DNA of 64,000 bases from an uncultured Streptococcus sp. (GCA_963554405.1 CAUVRI010000002.1:27319-91318); one strand, 5' to 3'; positions 44,488 to 56,510 are shown, counted from the stretch's first letter. Notes: a model not told the origin generated them from the sequence alone. A program made the numbers and translations.

Positions 44488-46809
44488 ATGGGAAAGAAAT
44501 TAGGAAAATCGGTTTTCACGACTGGGATTGCTGCAACAACGGTCCTATCTGGTATGTTTAATCACAAGGCTAGTGCCGAAGAGGTGAAGCAAAATGAAAA
44601 TGCAGAAACCAACAGCACGGAAGTAGTCGAAAAACCAATTACGGTTGATGAGTTGAAGCAAATTACAGCTCAAAAAGGCCAAGTGGTGAAAGATGTCCAC
44701 TACCAAGAGCAAAAAGTGATCGATGCTCAAACGGAAGTCAAGGCTGCTGGACAAGAACTGGAAGAAAAGAAAGCAGAAGTGACGGATGCGGAAAACCTCA
44801 TCGCAACGACATCGGATGCCCAAGTTCAGAATGCAGAAAATGACGTCAAGGTGGCTCAAGCCTATGTGACTATCGAAGAAAATAAGGTTCGAGAAGCAGA
44901 AGCTGCCCATGACCAAGTTGTAGAGGCTGTTCGTCAACAGGAAAATCAAGTCACAGCTCAGGAATCTTTGGTCGATGTAGCACAAAATGAATTGAACCAA
45001 GCCAAAGCACCGATTTCAAATGATGAGAATGTGCTCAACCAGGCTTTGTTGGAGCAAAGTCAAGTCGAGCAAAGTATTCGAGAATCTCAGAATTACCTTG
45101 CAACCTTGCAAACAAGTCAGCAAACCGGTTCAGATACAGTGGCTCAAATTGAGAACGATATTCAACTGGCTCAAACGCGTCTGACAGATTTGAAAGCGGT
45201 CATCGCTACCAAGGAAGCAGAATTGGCAGCCTTAGAACAAGCAGCGGCCAATAGCCCAGTTCAGTTGAGTCAAGCGAATTATGAAGGTTATTTGCAACAC
45301 TTAGCAGACAATGGCAATGAAGCTGCAGCGAGCGCTTTAGCCCTCTACAAACGTGGTCGGGAAGAAGATGGCTTGACAGTTGGAGAGTCTGGCTCTTTGC
45401 AAGCCAACCTTCGAGCTCTTGAAATTGCCGATGCCATCAATAGCTATCGTCGCAATGCCGGCTTGTCTGAATTGGAACTGGATCCTTATTCTCTTCCTGC
45501 CAGTCAAGTACAGTTGGAATACTTCAAGAAAGCCAACTGGCATATGTTTAAGTATTTGCCAAACGAGAACATTGCTTATGGCTTCTCACCTGCTGGTGCG
45601 GTTGACTTTTGGTACAATGAAAAAGCGGCTTATCAAGAAGTAGCGGCTCAATATGGTCTACCAACAGACGAAACTCAAATCGATGCCAACGATATTTATA
45701 TGAAGATTGGTGCTGAGGCCTTTGCTAAGGTTGGTCACTACCTCCAAATGGTAGACAACAAAGCGACAGCTTTATCAGTTGCTTATGACCCTAGCAATGC
45801 CATGTCAGAAGCAGCTTTCTTACACAGCCCGGTCAATTCAGCAGTGTCAACCAGTGCACTCGCTTACCAATTGCGTCAGGGAGCTGGCGCAACGACGACA
45901 AGATCAGATGTGAAAGCAAAATCTGATGAAGTCGCTAATCTCAAGCTGGACAAGGCCAATCAAGAGTCTCAAATCATTATCTTGCAAGGGAAACTAGAAG
46001 ATGCCCGCCATGCTAATTCAAATGTGGCAGTAGAGATGGCCAATGTCCAAAAGACCATCCAAAATTACAAGATTCTTCTCGTTAGCAAGGACCATGCGGT
46101 TGAAAAGGCGAAGGCGACTCTTGATGTATCTCGAGGTCGGATTGAAGCAGCCATCCAACCAAAAGAAGCAGCACTTCAAAAAGCGAAAGATTTGTTAGCA
46201 GCTGCGCGTGAGAAATTAGATCGTTTAAAAGCAGAAGAAGCAGAAAAAGCCCAAGTCGTTCAAGAAGCGCATGAGGGCTTGAAGGCGGCGCAAGAGCGAC
46301 TAGTTGCAGCTGAAAAACGTCTTTCTGACTTTAAAAATGCTCCAGAATTATTGGTCAAAGCCCAATCCGTTTTATCAGCTGCGGTGGCTAATTTAGAGAA
46401 TAAAAAAGAAAAATTGGAAGCAGAATTCACAACCCTTCAATCTTATCAAAGTGTCGTGGAACTGTTGAATTCCCAATATGAAGATCTAGCGTCACGAATG
46501 GATCCAGCTATTTTAGAAGCAGCAGATATGCCAATGGATATCCGCTCAAGCAATCCAACAACTTTCTCGGATAGACCAACGGTTCTTCCAACAACTACCA
46601 ATAGTCCACAAGTGCAAGCACCAACAGCTACTCCAGCTCCAAAACAAGAAGCCAAAGTAGAAGAGATCAAACCTAAAAAAGAAAACAGCCAAGCTGTGGC
46701 TGGATCTGATTCCTCCAAATATGCAGTAGCAACAACAGGTGTTGCCGTTGGGTTACTTGCTGGATTGTTTGGTTTCAAGAAAAAGAAACAATCTTCAAAA
46801 AATGATTAA
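44488..46809 (+). CDS. Coiled-coil surface protein with a central CAP/SCP-like domain (surface-exclusion/PrgA-like)
   Basis: Signal peptide; long heptad regions; IN.YRR.AGL, ENIA and W.NE...GHY motifs; C-terminal TM helix plus KKKK. Confidence 0.7.
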   Translation: MGKKLGKSVFTTGIAATTVLSGMFNHKASAEEVKQNENAETNSTEVVEKPITVDELKQITAQKGQVVKDVHYQEQKVIDAQTEVKAAGQELEEKKAEVTDAENLIATTSDAQVQNAENDVKVAQAYVTIEENKVREAEAAHDQVVEAVRQQENQVTAQESLVDVAQNELNQAKAPISNDENVLNQALLEQSQVEQSIRESQNYLATLQTSQQTGSDTVAQIENDIQLAQTRLTDLKAVIATKEAELAALEQAAANSPVQLSQANYEGYLQHLADNGNEAAASALALYKRGREEDGLTVGESGSLQANLRALEIADAINSYRRNAGLSELELDPYSLPASQVQLEYFKKANWHMFKYLPNENIAYGFSPAGAVDFWYNEKAAYQEVAAQYGLPTDETQIDANDIYMKIGAEAFAKVGHYLQMVDNKATALSVAYDPSNAMSEAAFLHSPVNSAVSTSALAYQLRQGAGATTTRSDVKAKSDEVANLKLDKANQESQIIILQGKLEDARHANSNVAVEMANVQKTIQNYKILLVSKDHAVEKAKATLDVSRGRIEAAIQPKEAALQKAKDLLAAAREKLDRLKAEEAEKAQVVQEAHEGLKAAQERLVAAEKRLSDFKNAPELLVKAQSVLSAAVANLENKKEKLEAEFTTLQSYQSVVELLNSQYEDLASRMDPAILEAADMPMDIRSSNPTTFSDRPTVLPTTTNSPQVQAPTATPAPKQEAKVEEIKPKKENSQAVAGSDSSKYAVATTGVAVGLLAGLFGFKKKKQSSKND

Positions 46810-46946
46810 GACATACCGAAGATAGAATAGATGCTTAGACACTTTATTGCTTAAAATCTTCAAAGAAGATATATGAGGGTGGGAAAAGAACTCTTTTAAC
46901 AAAATGAGTTCTTTCCTGCTCTTTTTTTGTACACTTTTAGAATTTT

Positions 46947-47026
46947 TGAAAGAAAATGATAGAAATTGATAAAAAGTGTTGACATTTTTTGGAGATGGAG
47001 TATAATAGTCCTTGTAATCGATTGCA
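46947..47026 (+). promoter_or_regulatory. fru operon promoter with FruR-type 10-bp repeats and a cre site
   Basis: TGAAAGAAAA/TGATAGAAAT/TGATAAAAAG (46947-46976); TTGACA 46979; TATAAT 47001; cre-like TGTAATCGATTGCA 47013-47026. Confidence 0.75.
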
Positions 47027-47038
47027 AAAGGAGGAGAA

Positions 47039-47782
47039 ATGCTTAAGTCTGAACGAAAACAATTCATCCTCGAGAAGGTACTGAAGGAAAAATTTGTTTC
47101 CTTAGAAACCCTTGTACAAGAGCTAGGGACGTCTGAATCAACGGTTAGACGTGACTTGGATGAATTAGAAGCTGAAAGTAAACTTCGCCGGGTTCACGGC
47201 GGTGCGGAAAGCCTGCATTTTCTTCAAGAGGAAGAAAGCAATAAAGAAAAATCTATCAAAAACATTCAAGTTAAGTCAAAGATCGCTGTAAAAGCGGCGG
47301 AATTGATCAAAGATCATGATGTGATCTTTATCGATGCCGGGACGACCAATGAACTTTTAGTACAAGAAATTGTCAATCCAACAGTAACCGTGGTGACCAA
47401 CTCGATTCACCATGCGACCAAGTTGGTCGAGCGAAATGTTCCAACGGTCATCATCGGTGGGAAGGTAAAATCTTCTACAGATGCTAGTATCGGAGGGATC
47501 GCCCTCAATCAGATCGGTCAGTTGAATTTTGACAAGGCCTTTCTTGGAATGAATGGAATCGATGATGAATTTTACAGCACTCCAGACCTGGAAGAAGGAT
47601 CTGTCAAGCGTGCGATTATCGAAAATGCGAAAAAAACCTACATCCTAGCGGATGATTCGAAAATTGGGGTGACATCCTTTGTCAAAGTGGCTCCTATTAA
47701 GCGAGCCATGATTATCACCAATCAAAGTGAACCGCAACGATTAAAGGTTTTAAAAGAAAAAACGGAGGTTATAGAGGTTTGA
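47039..47782 (+). CDS. fruR: DeoR-family fructose operon repressor
   Basis: SESTVRRDL HTH; IFIDAGTT. Confidence 0.93.
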   Translation: MLKSERKQFILEKVLKEKFVSLETLVQELGTSESTVRRDLDELEAESKLRRVHGGAESLHFLQEEESNKEKSIKNIQVKSKIAVKAAELIKDHDVIFIDAGTTNELLVQEIVNPTVTVVTNSIHHATKLVERNVPTVIIGGKVKSSTDASIGGIALNQIGQLNFDKAFLGMNGIDDEFYSTPDLEEGSVKRAIIENAKKTYILADDSKIGVTSFVKVAPIKRAMIITNQSEPQRLKVLKEKTEVIEV

Positions 47783-48690
47783 TTTATACAGTTACACTGA
47801 ATCCAGCAATTGACTATATTGTCCGTCTCGATCATGTAGAGACCGGAGCGGTCAATCGGATGGCTTCGGAAGATAAATTCGCCGGTGGTAAAGGGATCAA
47901 TGTCAGTCGTGTGTTGAAGCGTCTCGATATCGAGAACACAGCGACTGGATTTATCGGTGGTTTCACCGGACGCTTCATTGAAGACGTACTGACCAGCGAA
48001 GACATTTCCACCAACTTTGTGACAGTGGACCAAGATACACGGATCAATGTCAAGATCAAGGCTGATGAGGAAACAGAAATCAATGGGAATGGTCCAGAAG
48101 TAACGGAAGCTCAGTTGCAAGAATTGCTCAACATCTTATCGAGCTTAACAGCAGATGATGTGGTAGTCTTTGCAGGATCTGCCCCATCTTCACTTGGAAA
48201 TGCCATTTACAAACAATTGATCGCAGCAACACGTGCGACAGGTGCGCAAGTGGTTTGTGACTTTGAAGGACAAACCTTGATTGATTCCTTGGAGTTCAAT
48301 CCCCAATTGGTCAAACCAAACAACCATGAATTGGGAGATATCTTTGGCGTTACCTTGACGGAATTGCCAGAAATTGAACGTTATGCTAAAGAAATCTTGG
48401 CCAAGGGTGCACAAAATGTCATTATTTCCATGGCGGGTGATGGTGCTCTCCTCGTCAGTCCAAGCGGAACTTACTTCGCAAAACCAATCAAGGGTCAAGT
48501 GAAGAACTCTGTCGGGGCTGGAGATTCCATGGTTGCTGGCTTCACTGGGAAGCTCGCAACGACGGGAGACGTCATCGAAGCCTTCAAATGGGGCGTGGCT
48601 TGTGGAACAGCAACCACCTTCTCAGATGATTTGGCGACAGCTGACTATATAAAAGAAACTTATGAAAAAGTAGAGGTAGAAAAACTATGA
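47779..48690 (+). CDS. fruK: 1-phosphofructokinase
   Basis: TVTLNPAID, GGKGINVS and VGAGDSMVAGF. Confidence 0.95.
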   Translation: MIYTVTLNPAIDYIVRLDHVETGAVNRMASEDKFAGGKGINVSRVLKRLDIENTATGFIGGFTGRFIEDVLTSEDISTNFVTVDQDTRINVKIKADEETEINGNGPEVTEAQLQELLNILSSLTADDVVVFAGSAPSSLGNAIYKQLIAATRATGAQVVCDFEGQTLIDSLEFNPQLVKPNNHELGDIFGVTLTELPEIERYAKEILAKGAQNVIISMAGDGALLVSPSGTYFAKPIKGQVKNSVGAGDSMVAGFTGKLATTGDVIEAFKWGVACGTATTFSDDLATADYIKETYEKVEVEKL

Positions 48691-50654
48691 AAATTCAAGA
48701 CGTTTTAAATAAAAACGTGATGTTGTTTGACCTTCAGGCAACAGATAAAGAGGGCGTGATCAATGAGATGGTCCAATCGCTCGTTGACAATGGTGTGGTG
48801 ACAGATTTTGACACCTTCAAGGCTGGAATCATGAACCGTGAAGCACAAACTTCAACTGGTTTGGGTGATGGAATTGCTATGCCCCACAGCAAAAATGAAG
48901 CAGTCAAAGAAGCAACAGTCTTGTTTGCAAAATCAAACAAGGGTGTGGACTACGCATCACTTGATGGTCAACCAACAGACTTGTTCTTCATGATCGCAGC
49001 TCCAGAAGGAGCAAACGACACTCACTTGGCTGCTCTTGCTGAATTGTCTAAGTACTTGATGAAACCAGGATTTGCGGACAAACTTCGCCAAGCAAGCACT
49101 CCTGATCAAGTGATCGCTGCCTTTGATGCAGAAGAGCAAGAAGCTGCAGCTGAAGAAGCAAAAAAAGCGGAAGCAGTCAAAGAAGCAGCTTCATCTGACA
49201 AACCGCTTATCGTTGCCGTTACAGCATGTACAACAGGGATCGCCCACACTTACATGGCAGAAGAAGCCCTCATCAAAAAAGGGGAAGAAATGGGTGTTAC
49301 GGTCCGCGTTGAAACCAACGGTGCATCAGGTGTCGGCAACCGCTTGACAGCTGAAGAAATCGCCAAAGCTGAAGGGGTCATCATTGCAGCAGATAAAGCA
49401 GTTGAAACCGCTCGTTTCGATGGCAAAAAATTGATCTCTAAACCAGTCGCAGCCGGTATCCGTCAGACAGAAGACTTGATCCAAACCATCTTGGACGGCA
49501 AAGCAGATGTCTTCCACGCTGAAAATGCAGCACAAGCTAGCGCTAGCCAAGAGAAATTGAGCTTGGGTGGAGCCTTCTACAAACACCTGATGAGTGGGGT
49601 TTCTCAAATGCTTCCATTCGTTATCGGTGGTGGGATCTTGATCGCCCTTGCCTTCTTGATTGACCAAGTTATGGGTGTACCTCAAGATCAATTGTCTAGT
49701 CTTGGTTCTTATCATGTATTAGCAGCACAATTTAAAACAATTGGTGGAGTAGCCTTTGGCTTCATGCTTCCTGTACTTGCAGGTTACATTGGATTCTCAA
49801 TCGCTGAAAAACCTGGTTTTGTAGCAGGGTTTATCGCTGGATCTATTGCTAGCTCAGGGTCAGCATTTGGAAATATCGCCTACGGTGCTGCTAAAGGTGA
49901 ATTACCAGCAGCCGTATCATCAGGTTTCCTTGGAGCTTTGGTAGGTGGTTTCCTTGCAGGTGGAATTGTTCTCTTACTTCGCAAAGCCCTTGCAGGTCTT
50001 CCACGTTCACTCGATGGTATCCGCTCTATCCTTCTCTTGCCATTACTTGGTGTTGGTTTGACAGGATTCTTGATGTTCCTCATCAATATTCCAATGGCTG
50101 CTATCAATACTGGTCTTAACAACTTCCTTTCAAGCTTGTCAGGTAGCTCAGCTGTCCTTCTTGGACTTCTCGTCGGCGGTATGATGGCTGTCGATATGGG
50201 TGGACCAGTGAACAAAGCCGCTTATGTCTTCGCTACAGGTACACTTGCTGAATCTGTTGCTTCAGGTGGTTCTATTGTTATGGCAGCTGTTATGGCGGCT
50301 GGTATGGTTCCTCCATTGGCAGTATTCGTAGCAACTGTCTTGTTCAAAGATAAATTCACACAAGAAGAACGCGATTCTGGTTTAACAAACATCGTTATGG
50401 GTCTTTCCTTCATCACAGAAGGTGCCATTCCTTTCGGTGCAGCTGATCCAGCTCGTGCCATCCCTAGCTTCATTGCAGGTTCAGCATTGACAGGTGCCCT
50501 TGTTGGTCTTGCAGGCTTGAAACTTATGGCTCCTCACGGAGGAATCTTCGTTATCGCCCTCACTTCAAACCCACTTCTTTACATTTTGTTCGTATTGATC
50601 GGTGCAGTCGTAAGTGGTATCTTGTTCGGATTGCTTCGCAAACCTAAAAACTAA
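48687..50654 (+). CDS. fruA: PTS fructose-specific EIIABC
   Basis: IAMPH (IIA), ACTTGIAHTYMA (IIB), DMGGPVNKAA and FITEGAIPF (IIC). Confidence 0.96.
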   Translation: MKIQDVLNKNVMLFDLQATDKEGVINEMVQSLVDNGVVTDFDTFKAGIMNREAQTSTGLGDGIAMPHSKNEAVKEATVLFAKSNKGVDYASLDGQPTDLFFMIAAPEGANDTHLAALAELSKYLMKPGFADKLRQASTPDQVIAAFDAEEQEAAAEEAKKAEAVKEAASSDKPLIVAVTACTTGIAHTYMAEEALIKKGEEMGVTVRVETNGASGVGNRLTAEEIAKAEGVIIAADKAVETARFDGKKLISKPVAAGIRQTEDLIQTILDGKADVFHAENAAQASASQEKLSLGGAFYKHLMSGVSQMLPFVIGGGILIALAFLIDQVMGVPQDQLSSLGSYHVLAAQFKTIGGVAFGFMLPVLAGYIGFSIAEKPGFVAGFIAGSIASSGSAFGNIAYGAAKGELPAAVSSGFLGALVGGFLAGGIVLLLRKALAGLPRSLDGIRSILLLPLLGVGLTGFLMFLINIPMAAINTGLNNFLSSLSGSSAVLLGLLVGGMMAVDMGGPVNKAAYVFATGTLAESVASGGSIVMAAVMAAGMVPPLAVFVATVLFKDKFTQEERDSGLTNIVMGLSFITEGAIPFGAADPARAIPSFIAGSALTGALVGLAGLKLMAPHGGIFVIALTSNPLLYILFVLIGAVVSGILFGLLRKPKN

Positions 50655-50784
50655 ATATGATTAAAAGGTTGGGAAATTTCCAACCTTTTTTATTGCGCAA
50701 AAACACCAACTAGTGATGAAGTTGCTTATCTCTATAGATTTCGATACAATTATTATAACTTTTCCTTATCAAGGAGGATGAAGC

Positions 50785-51222
50785 ATGAAAAAAGGTAAAC
50801 TGGCAATTCTTTTAGCTATCGCTTCTGTATTAGCAGGAGGTGTGATTATCGCTAGTCAAAAACAAAGCATCTTTTCAAATGACACTCAATCAAGTAAGCA
50901 ACTTAGCGCTAGAGAGAAGCAACTGGCTTATTTAAGGGAACATGAAAAAGATATGGCTGATTTTGTAAAATCTTTGAGTCCTAAGGTTAAAAGTGTTCAG
51001 TTTGATTGGGAGAGTATGGAAGTTGGACAGGTAGGCAATGGAACACCTCAAGGTGGTAGCTATATGTTAACTCTTAGAGGAAAGGTGAATCAGAATGAAC
51101 AAACAAAATTCATGGTTGGCTTTTCTATAGATAATGCTACCAGCACACCAAAGGAATTTGGAATTTATGAGATGCAACCCATAAGAATTTATAGGGATGG
51201 CGGTTGGTATTATTATGACTAA
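50785..51222 (+). CDS. Membrane-anchored hypothetical protein
   Basis: N-terminal TM helix; REKQLAYL..HE..M..FVK...KV.SVQ.DW motif. Confidence 0.7.
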   Translation: MKKGKLAILLAIASVLAGGVIIASQKQSIFSNDTQSSKQLSAREKQLAYLREHEKDMADFVKSLSPKVKSVQFDWESMEVGQVGNGTPQGGSYMLTLRGKVNQNEQTKFMVGFSIDNATSTPKEFGIYEMQPIRIYRDGGWYYYD

Positions 51223-51423
51223 TCGTCATTCAAAAGTCTTTATCTTGTTTTTTCGATCCTTACAAAAGAGTTAGCGAAGAATTGGGCAAAACAAGTTAAA
51301 GACTGGCCAAACTTTTCTGATCTTTTCTTCTTGTACTAGCGAAAAAATCACCTCATTCTACGTTGGTATCTTGAGCTGAATTATGATATAATAAGCCTAT
51401 CGCATATTTTTAGGAGAATAAAA

Positions 51424-51798
51424 ATGGATATTCAACGTGAAAAAGAATTTGTCAGCCAATACCACTATGATGCTCGTAATTTTGAGTGGGAAAAAGAAAA
51501 TGGCATCCCTGAAACAAAAGTAGATGTAAACTTTCAATTAATCAATCGTGATCAAGAACAAAACACAACTTCTTTGATTGTCATCTTGAGCTATATGATC
51601 GTTTTTGACGGTTTTGTGATCAGCGGAACCATCACTCAAATCAACCACTTGTTTGGTCGTTATGTCAATGAACCAAGTGAATTCAGCAAAGACGAAGTGG
51701 AAGAATTGGCTCGCCCTTGCTTGAATATGCTCAACCGTTTGACTTACGAAGTCACAGAAATTGCCCTTGATTTACCGGGTATTAATTTGGAGTTTTAA
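51424..51798 (+). CDS. DUF1149-family protein
   Basis: EFVSQYHYDARN...RLTYEVTEIALD.PG; upstream of degV. Confidence 0.85.
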   Translation: MDIQREKEFVSQYHYDARNFEWEKENGIPETKVDVNFQLINRDQEQNTTSLIVILSYMIVFDGFVISGTITQINHLFGRYVNEPSEFSKDEVEELARPCLNMLNRLTYEVTEIALDLPGINLEF

Positions 51799-51801
51799 TC
51801 A

Positions 51802-52650
51802 ATGAAATTAGCAGTGATCACGGATTCGTCTGCCTATTTACCGCAAGACGTGCTCCATCACGACGACTTATTTATTTTAGAGATCCCGATCTATATCGAT
51901 GGGGAGTCTTATGTTGAAGGGAAGAACCTGACACATGATGAGTTCTACCAAAAGATGGCGGCGTCTAAGGAATTGCCAAAGACTAGCCAGCCGAGTGTTG
52001 CAGAGTTAGAAGAAGTCTTATCTGGCTTGACAGCTAAGGGCTATACGCATGCTATCGGTCTTTTCTTATCATCTGGTATTTCTGGTTTCTACCAAAATAT
52101 CCAATATTTGAAGGATGAGTTTGAAGGTCTGACCGTTGAATTTCCGGACTCAAAAATCACTAGTGCTCCTCTAGGAATGATGGCAGAAGACTGCTTGAAA
52201 TGGGCTGGTGAAGGCCGTTCCTTCGATGAGATTGTTGCCAATGTCCAACACCAGATTGATGGAACCTCTGCCTATATCATGGTGGATGATTTGAACCACT
52301 TGGTTAAAGGTGGCCGTCTGTCAAATGGGGCTGCTATTCTTGGGAACCTCTTGAGCATCAAGCCTATTCTTCATTTTAATGATGAAGGTGTGATTGAGGT
52401 CTTTGAGAAAGTCCGGACGGAAAAGAAAGCCATGAAACGCTTGGTAGAGATTGTTGTATCAGATATCGCAGATGGTCATTACCAAGTCTTTGTCATCCAT
52501 GCTAATGTCCCTGAAAAAGCAGAAGCACTTCGCCAACTACTCATCGAAGAAGGAGTGGAAGGAGACATTCCTTTTGCTACTTTTGGAGGGGTTATTGGGA
52601 CGCACTTAGGTGACCATAGCTTAGCTGTTGGGTATATCCCTATTGTTTAA
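51802..52650 (+). CDS. DegV/FakB fatty-acid-binding protein
   Basis: ITDSS, PKTSQP, LSSGISG, GGRL and IGTHLG motifs. Confidence 0.93.
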   Translation: MKLAVITDSSAYLPQDVLHHDDLFILEIPIYIDGESYVEGKNLTHDEFYQKMAASKELPKTSQPSVAELEEVLSGLTAKGYTHAIGLFLSSGISGFYQNIQYLKDEFEGLTVEFPDSKITSAPLGMMAEDCLKWAGEGRSFDEIVANVQHQIDGTSAYIMVDDLNHLVKGGRLSNGAAILGNLLSIKPILHFNDEGVIEVFEKVRTEKKAMKRLVEIVVSDIADGHYQVFVIHANVPEKAEALRQLLIEEGVEGDIPFATFGGVIGTHLGDHSLAVGYIPIV

Positions 52651-52660
52651 GGAGAATTCT

Positions 52661-53428
52661 ATGTCAATTAAAGTCATTATCGCAGGTTTCAAGGGTAGAA
52701 TGGGACAAGCAGCCTACAAGATGGTTTCTGAAGATCCTGAGCTAGAATTAGCTGGCTTGATCGATCCATTTACTGATGAGACAGAGGTTGCAGGAGTCCC
52801 TGTCTTTAACCGCAAAGAAGATGTTGTGGGTCTAGAGGCAGATGTTTGGGTAGATTTTACCATGCCCAAGGTCGCTTACGAGAATACTCGCTTTGCAATT
52901 GAGAATGGCTTTGCGCCTGTTGTGGGAACGACTGGATTCACTCCCGAGCAGATCCAAGAATTGACAGACCTTTCACGTGAACAGGGCTTGGGTGGCTTGA
53001 TCGCGCCGAACTTTGCCATCGGAGCCGTGCTCTTGATGCAATTTGCAGCGCAAGCGGCCAAGTATTTCCCGAATGTGGAAATCATCGAATTGCACCACGA
53101 TAAGAAAAAAGATGCACCGAGTGGAACAGCGATTAAGACCGCTGAGTTGATCTCTGAGAAGCGCGAGAAGATCCAGCAAGGTGCAGCAGATGAAGAAGAG
53201 TTGATGCCTGGAGCAAGAGGGGCAGAGTTTGAAGGGATGCGCATCCATTCAGTTCGATTGCCTGGCATAGTCGCTCACCAAGAAGTGATTTTTGGTAGCC
53301 AAGGCGAAGGGCTGACTCTCCGTCATGATTCCTATGATCGTGTTTCCTTCATGACAGGAGTAAATCTCGGAATTAAAGAAGTTGTCAAGCGTCATGAGCT
53401 TGTCTATGGTTTGGAACACTTACTATGA
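52661..53428 (+). CDS. dapB: 4-hydroxy-tetrahydrodipicolinate reductase
   Basis: G.KGRMG, VVGTTG and [15 protein letters not shown]. Confidence 0.97.
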   Translation: MSIKVIIAGFKGRMGQAAYKMVSEDPELELAGLIDPFTDETEVAGVPVFNRKEDVVGLEADVWVDFTMPKVAYENTRFAIENGFAPVVGTTGFTPEQIQELTDLSREQGLGGLIAPNFAIGAVLLMQFAAQAAKYFPNVEIIELHHDKKKDAPSGTAIKTAELISEKREKIQQGAADEEELMPGARGAEFEGMRIHSVRLPGIVAHQEVIFGSQGEGLTLRHDSYDRVSFMTGVNLGIKEVVKRHELVYGLEHLL

Positions 53429-54636
53429 GATTAGAAAAGATGCCTTCTGAGTTTCAGGAGGCTTTACCAATATTAGAGAAGATTAAAGCAGCTGGTTTTG
53501 AGGCCTATTTTGTAGGGGGATCTGTCCGAGATGCCCTCTTGGATCGTCCAATTCACGATGTCGATATCGCGTCCTCCTCTTACCCAGAAGAGACCAAGGC
53601 GATTTTTGATCGAACAGTAGATGTCGGTATCGAACACGGGACTGTCTTGGTCCTTGAAAATGGGCAAGAATATGAAATTACGACCTTCCGAACGGAGGAT
53701 GTCTATGTCGATTATCGGCGTCCAAGCTCCGTGTCTTTTGTACGCTCGCTAGAAGAAGACCTCAAGCGTCGTGATTTTACGGTTAATGCCTTTGCCTTAA
53801 ATGAAAAAGGAGAAATTGTTGACCTCTTTCATGGACTAGAAGATTTAGAAAACAAGGTCCTCCGGGCGGTTGGGCTTCCCCATGAACGGTTTAACGAAGA
53901 TGCACTCCGGATCATGCGAGGCTTTCGTTTTCAGGCCAGTCTCGGTTTTGAATTAGAAGAGGCGACCTTTGATGCCATGAAGGAGTGTGCTCCCTTACTA
54001 GAGAAGATTTCCGTAGAGCGCACTTTTATCGAGTTTGATAAACTCTTGCTTTCCCCATACTGGAGACAAGGCCTGGCGGCTATGCTAGCAAGTGGAGCCT
54101 ATCACTATCTGCCAGAGATGAAGGATCGCAAAGCAGCGATCGAGCGTTTGTTTGACATAGAGCTAGAATATACCTTTTCAACCTCTGAGCAAGCCTGGGC
54201 TGCTTTGGTCTTAGCATTAGAGATTCAAGATATTCCAAAATTCTTTAAGAAATGGAAGACCTCTAGAGAATTCGCCAAGACGGTGGAGCAGATCGTGGAG
54301 ATTCTAAAGCTCCGAGAAAAAGGCAGTCTAGACAAGCGTGCCTGCTACAAGTATGAGAAACGTTTGTTACTGGTTGCTGAAGAGCTCCGGGAAGCCTATG
54401 CCTTGAGTGTGGATTATTTGGCCATTGAGCGCGTTTATGATAGCTTGACCATTCATGATAAACACGAGGTTGTGGTCAATGGCGGTATGTTGATCAAAGA
54501 ATATGGTTTTCAACCAGGTCCAGCCTTAGGAGAGATTTTGACAAAAATTGAATATGCTATTGTCGATGGGGAACTGGCCAATGAAAAAGAGGCCATCATC
54601 GCCTATATCCAGCAAGCAAAAGAGGAGGAAAAATGA
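53425..54636 (+). CDS. cca: CCA-adding tRNA nucleotidyltransferase
   Basis: [19 protein letters not shown] and EDALRIMR. Confidence 0.96.
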   Translation: MRLEKMPSEFQEALPILEKIKAAGFEAYFVGGSVRDALLDRPIHDVDIASSSYPEETKAIFDRTVDVGIEHGTVLVLENGQEYEITTFRTEDVYVDYRRPSSVSFVRSLEEDLKRRDFTVNAFALNEKGEIVDLFHGLEDLENKVLRAVGLPHERFNEDALRIMRGFRFQASLGFELEEATFDAMKECAPLLEKISVERTFIEFDKLLLSPYWRQGLAAMLASGAYHYLPEMKDRKAAIERLFDIELEYTFSTSEQAWAALVLALEIQDIPKFFKKWKTSREFAKTVEQIVEILKLREKGSLDKRACYKYEKRLLLVAEELREAYALSVDYLAIERVYDSLTIHDKHEVVVNGGMLIKEYGFQPGPALGEILTKIEYAIVDGELANEKEAIIAYIQQAKEEEK

Positions 54637-56501
54637 GCGATTTTATTGTCGATAAATTAACCAAATCTGTCGGAGATAAGACCGTCTTTCGTGAGATTTC
54701 CTTTATCATTCACGACTTGGATCGGATCGGATTGATCGGGGTCAATGGGACTGGAAAGACCACGCTGTTAGATGTGTTGTCAGGTCGCTCTGGCTTTGAT
54801 GGAGATGTGTGTCCTTTTTCTGCAAAGAGTGATTATACGATTGGTTATTTGACTCAGGAACCAGACTTTGATGATCAAAAGACAGTTCTGGATACGGTGC
54901 TATCTAGTGATTTGCGCGAAATGCAGCTGATTCGCGATTATGAATACTTGATGGCGGATTACCGAGAAGAGAACCAAGCCCGTCTTGAAAAGGTCATGGC
55001 GGAGATGGATTCGCTTAATGCTTGGGAAATCGAGAGTCAGGTCAAGACAGTCCTTTCCAAACTTGGAATTGAAGACTTGAACGCCAAAGTTGGGGACCTA
55101 TCTGGGGGCTTGCGTCGTCGGGTGCAACTGGCCCAAGTTTTGCTGTCTCACCATGACCTGCTCTTACTAGATGAGCCGACCAACCACCTGGACATTGATA
55201 CTATCGAGTGGTTGACTAATTTCTTGAAGAACTCTAAGAAAACCGTGCTCTTCATTACCCACGATCGCTATTTCTTGGATAATATCTCGACGCGGATCTT
55301 TGAGTTGGATCGAGCTAGCTTGATCGAGTATCAGGGCAACTACCAGGATTATGTCCGCTTAAAGGCTGAGCAAGACGAGCGTGATGCAGCCCTTCTTCAT
55401 AAGAAGCAGCAACTCTATAAGCAGGAGTTGACCTGGATGCGGCGTCAACCTCAGGCGCGTGCGACCAAGCAACAGGCACGCATCAATCGGTTCCATGATC
55501 TCAAGCAAGACTTGTCTGGTCAAAGCAGCCAGACAGATTTGGAGATGAACTTTGAGACCAGCCGAATCGGAAAGAAAGTTATCGAGTTTAAAGATGTGAG
55601 TTTTGCTTTTGAAAACAAGCCGATTTTACAGGACTTTAACCTCTTGGTGCAAAATAAGGACCGCATCGGGATTGTCGGGGATAATGGCGTCGGAAAATCG
55701 ACTCTACTCAATCTGATCGCCGAGCGACTCCAGCCTCAGTCAGGGCAAGTCATTATCGGGGAAACCGTGCGGGTGGCTTATTTCTCACAACAAATCGATG
55801 GTTTGGATGAGAGCAAGCGCGTGATTAATTTCCTCAAGGAAGTTGCTGAGGAAGTGAAGACGACCGTTGGGACGACTTCGATTGCAGATCTCTTGGAGCA
55901 ATTCCTCTTCCCACGTTCCATGCATGGAACCTTGATTGAAAAACTCTCCGGTGGTGAGAAGAAGCGGCTCTTTCTCTTAAAACTCTTGATTGAAAAACCC
56001 AATGTGCTTCTCCTCGATGAGCCAACCAATGACTTGGATATCGCTACCCTGACAGTTTTGGAAAACTTCCTTCAAAACTTTGGAGGTCCCGTTATTACCG
56101 TTAGCCACGACCGCTATTTCCTAGACAAGGTTGCAAGTAAGATCCTGGCTTTTGAAAACGGGGGCATTCGAGAGTTCTTTGGCAATTATACGGATTACCT
56201 GGATGAAAAAGCCTTTGAAGCAGCTCAAGTAACGGCCAGTCACAAGGTTGAAAAAGAGAAACCTGTCAAGCCAAAAGAAGAGAAGAAACGCATGAGCTAC
56301 ATGGAAAAGCAAGAGTGGGCAAGCATTGAAGCAGATATCGAAGCCATTGAAAATCGGATTGCAGAGATTGAAGTGGAGATGAATGAAAACGGCTCTGACT
56401 TTGGCAAATTGTCAGCCCTTCAAAAGGAATTGGATCAGGAAAATGAGCGATTGCTTGAGAAGTACGATCGCTATGAATACCTGAGCGAATTAGATGAATA
56501 A
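54633..56501 (+). CDS. ABC-F family ATPase (Uup/YfmR-like)
   Basis: Two ABC domains ([25 protein letters not shown]), no TM segments, C-terminal coiled coil. Confidence 0.92.
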   Translation: MSDFIVDKLTKSVGDKTVFREISFIIHDLDRIGLIGVNGTGKTTLLDVLSGRSGFDGDVCPFSAKSDYTIGYLTQEPDFDDQKTVLDTVLSSDLREMQLIRDYEYLMADYREENQARLEKVMAEMDSLNAWEIESQVKTVLSKLGIEDLNAKVGDLSGGLRRRVQLAQVLLSHHDLLLLDEPTNHLDIDTIEWLTNFLKNSKKTVLFITHDRYFLDNISTRIFELDRASLIEYQGNYQDYVRLKAEQDERDAALLHKKQQLYKQELTWMRRQPQARATKQQARINRFHDLKQDLSGQSSQTDLEMNFETSRIGKKVIEFKDVSFAFENKPILQDFNLLVQNKDRIGIVGDNGVGKSTLLNLIAERLQPQSGQVIIGETVRVAYFSQQIDGLDESKRVINFLKEVAEEVKTTVGTTSIADLLEQFLFPRSMHGTLIEKLSGGEKKRLFLLKLLIEKPNVLLLDEPTNDLDIATLTVLENFLQNFGGPVITVSHDRYFLDKVASKILAFENGGIREFFGNYTDYLDEKAFEAAQVTASHKVEKEKPVKPKEEKKRMSYMEKQEWASIEADIEAIENRIAEIEVEMNENGSDFGKLSALQKELDQENERLLEKYDRYEYLSELDE

Positions 56502-56510
56502 GGAGGCCCT

